Shown here: positions 42,042-47,121 of the stretch, piece after piece
Position numbering within the stretch: position 1 is the first letter of the stretch
Layout of the letters: every line of letters starts with the position of its first letter
IMG/VR virus record: IMGVR_UViG_3300028840_004790
Strand: one strand, 5' to 3'
DNA length: 47,121 nt
Source: a virus
Position numbers and translations under genes: made by a program
Notes under the pieces: model-generated
What the model saw: only the letters and a program-made list of their open reading frames with translations
What the model was told of the DNA's origin: nothing
Databases searched by the model: none

Positions 42042-43003
42042 ATTTTGGAACCCTGGTGACCGAAGCTCAGCGCCTGGCGGGGCGCGTTGACTCGGACTGG
42101 AACAGTCGGACGAAACGCTTCCTGAATGAAGCCGTCAAACAGTGGGCCATAGAACTCCCTTGGCCAACCCTGAAAAAGATCGAGTCGTTCTACTCCGACG
42201 GAAGCAAGACGCTGGTTCTGCCACAGCGCGTACTGACCATTGACTGGGTCGGCGACAAGACCAACAAGAACCCTCTCGATGCCGGCGGCGCCTGGGACCG
42301 AGAGCTCCCCGCCACTTACTTTGGTGAGGTTTCCGGCCAAGCCCTGTTCTGGAAGGACCGGGGCATCTTTGCCACCCAAAGGGACCCGGCGGCGATAGCC
42401 CCGGTCCAGCTCACCACCACCGTGTCTGAGGTCTTCTCCGCGTACGTGTCTGGCTTGTCCTATGACAGCAACGCCTCCGGCACCGCGGACGCCTACTACC
42501 CGGTCGAGGAAGAGGTCAGTATCACGGCCGATGGGACGTACACGACCACAAACTCGTACTACCAGATCACGTCCATCGGCAAGAACGCAAACACCACCGG
42601 TGATGTGACGGTAGCGGATAGCAGCGGGAACCGGTTGGCTCGGATCTCGAAACACAACTACGAGGCCCGGTACCGGAAGATCGACTTCCTGATGAAGCCG
42701 CCGGCCAACACTGAGATCCAGATCAGCTATTACCAGCGCCCCCCGGCCCTGGTCGAGAACTATCAGGTCCCGCCCGCAACCGTCGACACCGAGTACATGA
42801 TCTGGTACGCGGCCTCTTTGATAGATCTGGCACAAGGAAAAGACCAAAACAGTCAACTCAAACGCGCCCATGCCGAAGCGATCCTCGAACGGCGGGCATC
42901 CAAGGAAAGGGGACACGGGGACCAAGACATCCGTTCATATCCGGAGCCAACCTACTGGGGCAATGAAGACGAGTATACGGTACCGTACAACGGAAACATC
43001 TGA
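42038..43003 (+). CDS. Virion structural protein (adaptor / tail-tube A-like position)
   Basis: 321-aa ORF, translationally coupled, upstream of a larger tail protein. Confidence 0.55.
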   Translation: MNFGTLVTEAQRLAGRVDSDWNSRTKRFLNEAVKQWAIELPWPTLKKIESFYSDGSKTLVLPQRVLTIDWVGDKTNKNPLDAGGAWDRELPATYFGEVSGQALFWKDRGIFATQRDPAAIAPVQLTTTVSEVFSAYVSGLSYDSNASGTADAYYPVEEEVSITADGTYTTTNSYYQITSIGKNANTTGDVTVADSSGNRLARISKHNYEARYRKIDFLMKPPANTEIQISYYQRPPALVENYQVPPATVDTEYMIWYAASLIDLAQGKDQNSQLKRAHAEAILERRASKERGHGDQDIRSYPEPTYWGNEDEYTVPYNGNI

Positions 43004-44649
43004 TGCCTGAAAAGATCACGGTACATTCAGCAACGGTCCGCGGTGGGATGGTCGACAAGGTCGAACCGTTCTACCTCGACCAGCAGCAGACGGTCCTGCT
43101 TCAGAACTCCGACCCTACGCAGCCGTTTTCGCGGAAGCGCCGGGGCGGGGTCGCGGACCAGGGCGGGGCAAATGCGTTCCCCCAAGGGCTCTGGCGAGCA
43201 CAGGACACGACCCTGAACCAACAGGCATTGTTTGCGGCCTATGGTGGGAAGGTCTATATTGTACCGGGCGCAGGTGTGGTCGCTCAGCGGGCCTCCGGTG
43301 TGTCCTTGACCTCTCATTCACTCCACATGGCGATAGAAGGGTACTGGGAGAATCGACGGTCCCAGTACGTGTGTATGGCCCAGACGCACGACACGGCCTT
43401 GTCTCTGGCAACGCACCTGTTTGTCATTACCGATGACAATCAGTACTCACAGACCGCCAGCATGGCTCCAACCTGTGCCGCCTGGTTCCAGTACCGTCTG
43501 TGGTGCGCCAACAATCTGTACGCTGAAAATCGGGAAACCGTCTGGTTCTCCGAACTGAATGACGGGCTGTCATACAGCCTCAGCAACTCGCTCCAGATCG
43601 AACCGGGAATTGGTGGGGACATCATGGCCCTGGTGCCCCTCCGCGAGGATGTGCCCAAGCTCCTGGTACTGAAGCGGGAGGCCCTGGCAGTCCTGGAGCC
43701 GCGATGGGGCTCGGAAGGATACATTCCTCAGGCCGGGGACGCGCTCGACACCACCAACTCCCGGGTCCGGATACTGTCCCAGAACGTAGGCTGTGTAGCC
43801 ACTCGGTCGGTTCAGTACGTGCCAGGATCCCAGGCCGGGGACATTATATTCCTGGGACGGGACGGGTTTCGGTCGATCCAGCGCGACGCCACAGATGTAG
43901 TGGCTGGTGCCTCCCCACCCCTGTCCGACAATATACACGACACGATTCGGCGGATCAATTACTCGTACGTGCACAAGGCTGTCAGCTGCGTCCACGAGAA
44001 CTTCTACCACTGCGCCGTTCCCTTAGACGGAGCCGAAGAGAATAACTACATTCTGACGCTGGATCTGGAAACTGGCAGCTGGTATCTAAACACCTGGAGC
44101 ACGAAAGATCTGGTCGTGGCTCAACGGGGTCTGGAACGGAACTGGATGTGGAGCCAGTACAGCGAACTGTCCACGGACTGTAGCGTCACAGGAGCGTTTG
44201 AGGGGTACCATGTCTTCCAGTGTGATACGGGGGTGTTGGATCCCAGCGGTGCCCCAATCCAGTTCCAGGAAGACACCCGGGCGTTCCTACTTACGGGCGA
44301 CATCCAACAGAAGTGCGTGTGGGATTCGTTCCGGATCTCTGTCAAGAACGCCGCGTCAGCGACCGCCGCATTCACCATGCTCTACAATGTGGACCAGGAG
44401 GGCTGGGTCACAGCCGCCAGTATGACCACGATCGGGCAGGCGACCCCCATTATCCTGGGGGAGGACCCGTTACCGTGGGCGTCCCGTGAAGCCACGATTA
44501 CGACACAGAAATTTGCCTTGAATGACGCACCCCCAGGCTACTCGATCCAGATCCGGTACCTGAACGCGGACCTTTCCATTCCAACCGTAGTCGACGTGGC
44601 CGTCAAGGGCGAGCCAATTGAAGACGAGTACGATAACGCAATCACATGA
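43003..44649 (+). CDS. Virion structural protein (tail-tube B / nozzle-like position)
   Basis: 548-aa ORF rich in predicted beta sequence; TGATG overlap. Confidence 0.55.
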   Translation: MPEKITVHSATVRGGMVDKVEPFYLDQQQTVLLQNSDPTQPFSRKRRGGVADQGGANAFPQGLWRAQDTTLNQQALFAAYGGKVYIVPGAGVVAQRASGVSLTSHSLHMAIEGYWENRRSQYVCMAQTHDTALSLATHLFVITDDNQYSQTASMAPTCAAWFQYRLWCANNLYAENRETVWFSELNDGLSYSLSNSLQIEPGIGGDIMALVPLREDVPKLLVLKREALAVLEPRWGSEGYIPQAGDALDTTNSRVRILSQNVGCVATRSVQYVPGSQAGDIIFLGRDGFRSIQRDATDVVAGASPPLSDNIHDTIRRINYSYVHKAVSCVHENFYHCAVPLDGAEENNYILTLDLETGSWYLNTWSTKDLVVAQRGLERNWMWSQYSELSTDCSVTGAFEGYHVFQCDTGVLDPSGAPIQFQEDTRAFLLTGDIQQKCVWDSFRISVKNAASATAAFTMLYNVDQEGWVTAASMTTIGQATPIILGEDPLPWASREATITTQKFALNDAPPGYSIQIRYLNADLSIPTVVDVAVKGEPIEDEYDNAIT

Positions 44650-46547
44650 TAATTAACCAAGGACCTCTACCCAGTGACGGCCAGACCGTGGACCCGGCTA
44701 CATTCCTGGAAGCCTGGATTGCCGGCACCGAAATTTACGATCTGGGAGCGGCACAGTTCTCTGGTGGGACCCTCCAGTTTGTGTACAGCCAAACCGAACC
44801 ACCGGCGGCCGCGGACCGGTTCAACGGAATGATGTGGTTCGCCCGGGGCGAGGGCCGACTGTACATGTGGGATCAGCCGGACCTGCCCTCGGCACTGACA
44901 TTTTCGGATCAGAACTGGATCGCGCTCAGCGACCGTAAAGAGATTTGGTGTTGGGCCACCCATGAAATCCCGAAGGGTGCACCTGTATCCTTTGTGAGTA
45001 CGACCAACTCGGAAGCGGTCGACCTCATTACAAATGACACACAAGTGTTCGGTGACATGCCATTCGCTCGCCCTCTCTGGCGCGTATCGACCCAGTCTAA
45101 TGGCAGTGGTGTTACGAACACGATCTCAGATATCATCTGGGTCGCAATGGAAACCGCCAACAGTGGGTCGCTGTTCCGGGCCTGTGATATTGGGATCTGT
45201 GATGTTTTAATGCCCACTACGGTCACGGATTCGTACACCAGGTACCAGAAGGTCACCGATACCGTATCGGGAAATGCCGGTGCCGTATTCGGTAAAGAAG
45301 TAGGAGTGGACGGTAATTATGCCTTAATCGGCGCCGCCAAGGCCAATACCGCCGATTCGGAAGCCGGCGCAGCCTTTATCTACGAGCGAACTGGGGTCGG
45401 TTGGGCCCTGGAGGCAACCCTTACGGCGTCGGACGCGGCACAGGATGATAGATTCGGCCAAGGCCTGTCTATTTCCGGCCAGCGGGTGGCGGTCGGGGCA
45501 CCAAAACGTAACAGTTCCACCGGGGCCGTGTATATCTTTGATCGTACGGACCGGGACAAAGTCTGGTCTGAAACGGACATTCTCACTGCCAGCGACGCGG
45601 CGACCGGTGACAAATTTGGCGAAGAGTCTTGTGTTTGTTTGGCCGGCGACGTATTGGTCGTGGGCGCTCCGGTAAATGACGCGGCCTACGTGTTCGAGTA
45701 CAGTGGCGGGAGCTGGTCGCAAGTGGCCAAGCTCGAGGGTGATGACGTCACCGCCGGTGACTACTTCGGCTGGGGCGTGCATACCGATGGCACCACAATT
45801 GTCGTTGGCGCCTGGCTCCAAAACACCTTTACCGGCGCGGTCTACGTCTTCACAAAAGTGGGCGGCACCTGGACCCAACAGGCAAAGCTCACTGCCTCGG
45901 ACGCGGCAACCATTGACCAGTTCGGTGCGTTCTGTCGCGTACAGGGCAACACCATTGCGGTTTCGGCCATCGGGAAAGAAGCGGTATACATCTTTACCGG
46001 TTCCGGCGCGACCTGGTCCCAATCTCAAAAAATTGCGGACGGTACGGCCGGGAACAAATTTGGTGCGGGTTTGGGCCTGGACCAAGACCGCCTGGTAATT
46101 GGTGAGTGGCGAGACGATGACTCAGGATCGAATGCCGGTGCGGCTCATGTGTATCGGCTCGAAAACGGTACCTACTACGCCATCGACAAGCTACTGCCCC
46201 CGGCCAGTTCGGACGACGACTACATGGGGTATGGCCTGGCTATTTCCAACCGCGGTCGCGTTCACATCGTATGTGGGGCTTACGAGGACGATGACGAAGC
46301 AGCTGACGCGGGCGCTGCCTATTTCTTTGAAACTGTCCGAGATGGATCTGCCGGGGCTGCTTCCGTTGATGAACGACTCCCCGGCTATGTCACCCGGATC
46401 GAGGAAACCTGTGGTTCTCAGTGCCCGCACATCATGGTATTTCACACACTCACGTCGAACCCTACTGGGTATACGACCGGAGCTGAATGGCTCCAACCGG
46501 CATACGTACGTATTACGGCCATGACAGCAGGAGCATCCCAAGTATGA
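44646..46547 (+). CDS. Tail fibre/spike with a seven-repeat FG-GAP (integrin-alpha-like) beta-propeller
   Basis: Seven ~50-aa repeats, e.g. 'FGQGLSISGQRVAVGAPKRNSSTGAVYIFD', 'FGWGVHTDGTTIVVGAWLQNTFTGAVYVFT', spanning nt 45288-46332. Confidence 0.75.
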   Translation: MIINQGPLPSDGQTVDPATFLEAWIAGTEIYDLGAAQFSGGTLQFVYSQTEPPAAADRFNGMMWFARGEGRLYMWDQPDLPSALTFSDQNWIALSDRKEIWCWATHEIPKGAPVSFVSTTNSEAVDLITNDTQVFGDMPFARPLWRVSTQSNGSGVTNTISDIIWVAMETANSGSLFRACDIGICDVLMPTTVTDSYTRYQKVTDTVSGNAGAVFGKEVGVDGNYALIGAAKANTADSEAGAAFIYERTGVGWALEATLTASDAAQDDRFGQGLSISGQRVAVGAPKRNSSTGAVYIFDRTDRDKVWSETDILTASDAATGDKFGEESCVCLAGDVLVVGAPVNDAAYVFEYSGGSWSQVAKLEGDDVTAGDYFGWGVHTDGTTIVVGAWLQNTFTGAVYVFTKVGGTWTQQAKLTASDAATIDQFGAFCRVQGNTIAVSAIGKEAVYIFTGSGATWSQSQKIADGTAGNKFGAGLGLDQDRLVIGEWRDDDSGSNAGAAHVYRLENGTYYAIDKLLPPASSDDDYMGYGLAISNRGRVHIVCGAYEDDDEAADAGAAYFFETVRDGSAGAASVDERLPGYVTRIEETCGSQCPHIMVFHTLTSNPTGYTTGAEWLQPAYVRITAMTAGASQV

Positions 46548-47121
46548 ATATTACACCGGGCTACAACTTTGGCGCGACGGAGGTTCCCAAAAATGCCACC
46601 CTCGCCCTGTCAGTCGCGGGGATGTCCCTGACCGGCATTGACATCAGCCAGATCGCCACCACAATTCTTGGGATCAAACACGGGAACACGGACACCTCGC
46701 TTCCGGACGTGGGCTGGATGCAGCGCGATGACGCGAACGGGATCTGGATCAAAACCGAGGCAGAAATCACCGCCTCTCCGGGAGGCGAGTTCGACTACGG
46801 CCGGGTCCGCTTGTTCCGGGCCAACTGGGGCGGATGGGAGTCAAACCGGTACAAGATGGAAAACGAGCGGGACACCTTCACCTACTCGGCCATTGACATT
46901 TCCCGGTTCCGTGGTATTCTCCAGCCGGTTCCGAACAACGACACGAACCCGTCCAACGTTTTCATCCGTGGTAAAAACGGTGCCGGTGCCGACACGATGT
47001 CGCTCAAGACCATGGAAACGGGACTCACCGGACTTCACACACGGGTTGCGGGCCGCGGCGGGTCCACGGAAGTAGGGAAATGGGCCTGGCGTTATGGGTT
47101 CCCAGACTATGTGGCAACCTA
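46544..47121 (+). CDS. 5' portion of the wrap-around tail-module protein (continues at 1-292)
   Basis: ATGA overlap with the fibre gene stop; MNITPGYNFGATEVPKNATLALSVAGMSLTG...; no stop before the window end. Confidence 0.75.
   Translation, partial: MNITPGYNFGATEVPKNATLALSVAGMSLTGIDISQIATTILGIKHGNTDTSLPDVGWMQRDDANGIWIKTEAEITASPGGEFDYGRVRLFRANWGGWESNRYKMENERDTFTYSAIDISRFRGILQPVPNNDTNPSNVFIRGKNGAGADTMSLKTMETGLTGLHTRVAGRGGSTEVGKWAWRYGFPDYVAT
46978..47121. repeat. Terminal direct repeat, right copy (identical to 1-144)
   Basis: Same 144-nt string as window start. Confidence 0.97.

Noticed and set aside
1-47121. Temperate lifestyle, mobile elements and defence systems (integrase, repressor/Cro pair, transposase, CRISPR, toxin-antitoxin)
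   Set aside because: No tyrosine or serine recombinase, transposase or CRISPR-repeat signatures were recognised in any frame. The HNH and GIY-YIG genes look like free-standing homing or packaging-associated nucleases rather than mobile-element boundaries.

Overview
The window is a complete, closed dsDNA phage genome. Bases 1-144 are identical to 46978-47121, so the unique length is 46,977 bp. It is GC-rich by eye and has a podovirus-like layout, with no tape measure or sheath gene. The rightward (+) arm runs 26946 -> window end -> wraps -> 10985. It carries a GIY-YIG protein, small and large terminase, a 3-kb cassette of small and sugar-modifying genes, and the portal, scaffold and major capsid genes. 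These are followed by a terminator-flanked 859-aa GT2-TPR-GT4 glycosyltransferase, adaptor/tail genes, an FG-GAP propeller fibre, putative internal-virion proteins including a 2,238-aa giant, and a ClpP-like protease. The leftward (-) arm runs 26928 -> 11040. It carries early genes, a formyltransferase-fold protein, an HNH endonuclease, a 0.67-kb non-coding repeat region, and GP88-like, pentapeptide-repeat and bL12-CTD-like proteins. It continues with a P-loop primase/helicase, two atypical tRNA-like genes, a family A DNA polymerase, a Cas4-like nuclease, and then nucleotide and amino-sugar enzymes. I found no integrase, phage RNA polymerase, recognisable endolysin or CRISPR array. Several sigma70-like promoters on the minus strand suggest host-RNAP transcription. 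The points most worth follow-up are the dispersed virus-encoded amino-sugar/glycosyltransferase set (possible virion glycosylation), the two non-canonical tRNA-like RNAs, the iteron/G4-containing non-coding region, and the DNA-mimic and ribosomal-protein-like early genes. All functional calls come from motif recognition by eye; no database search was run.
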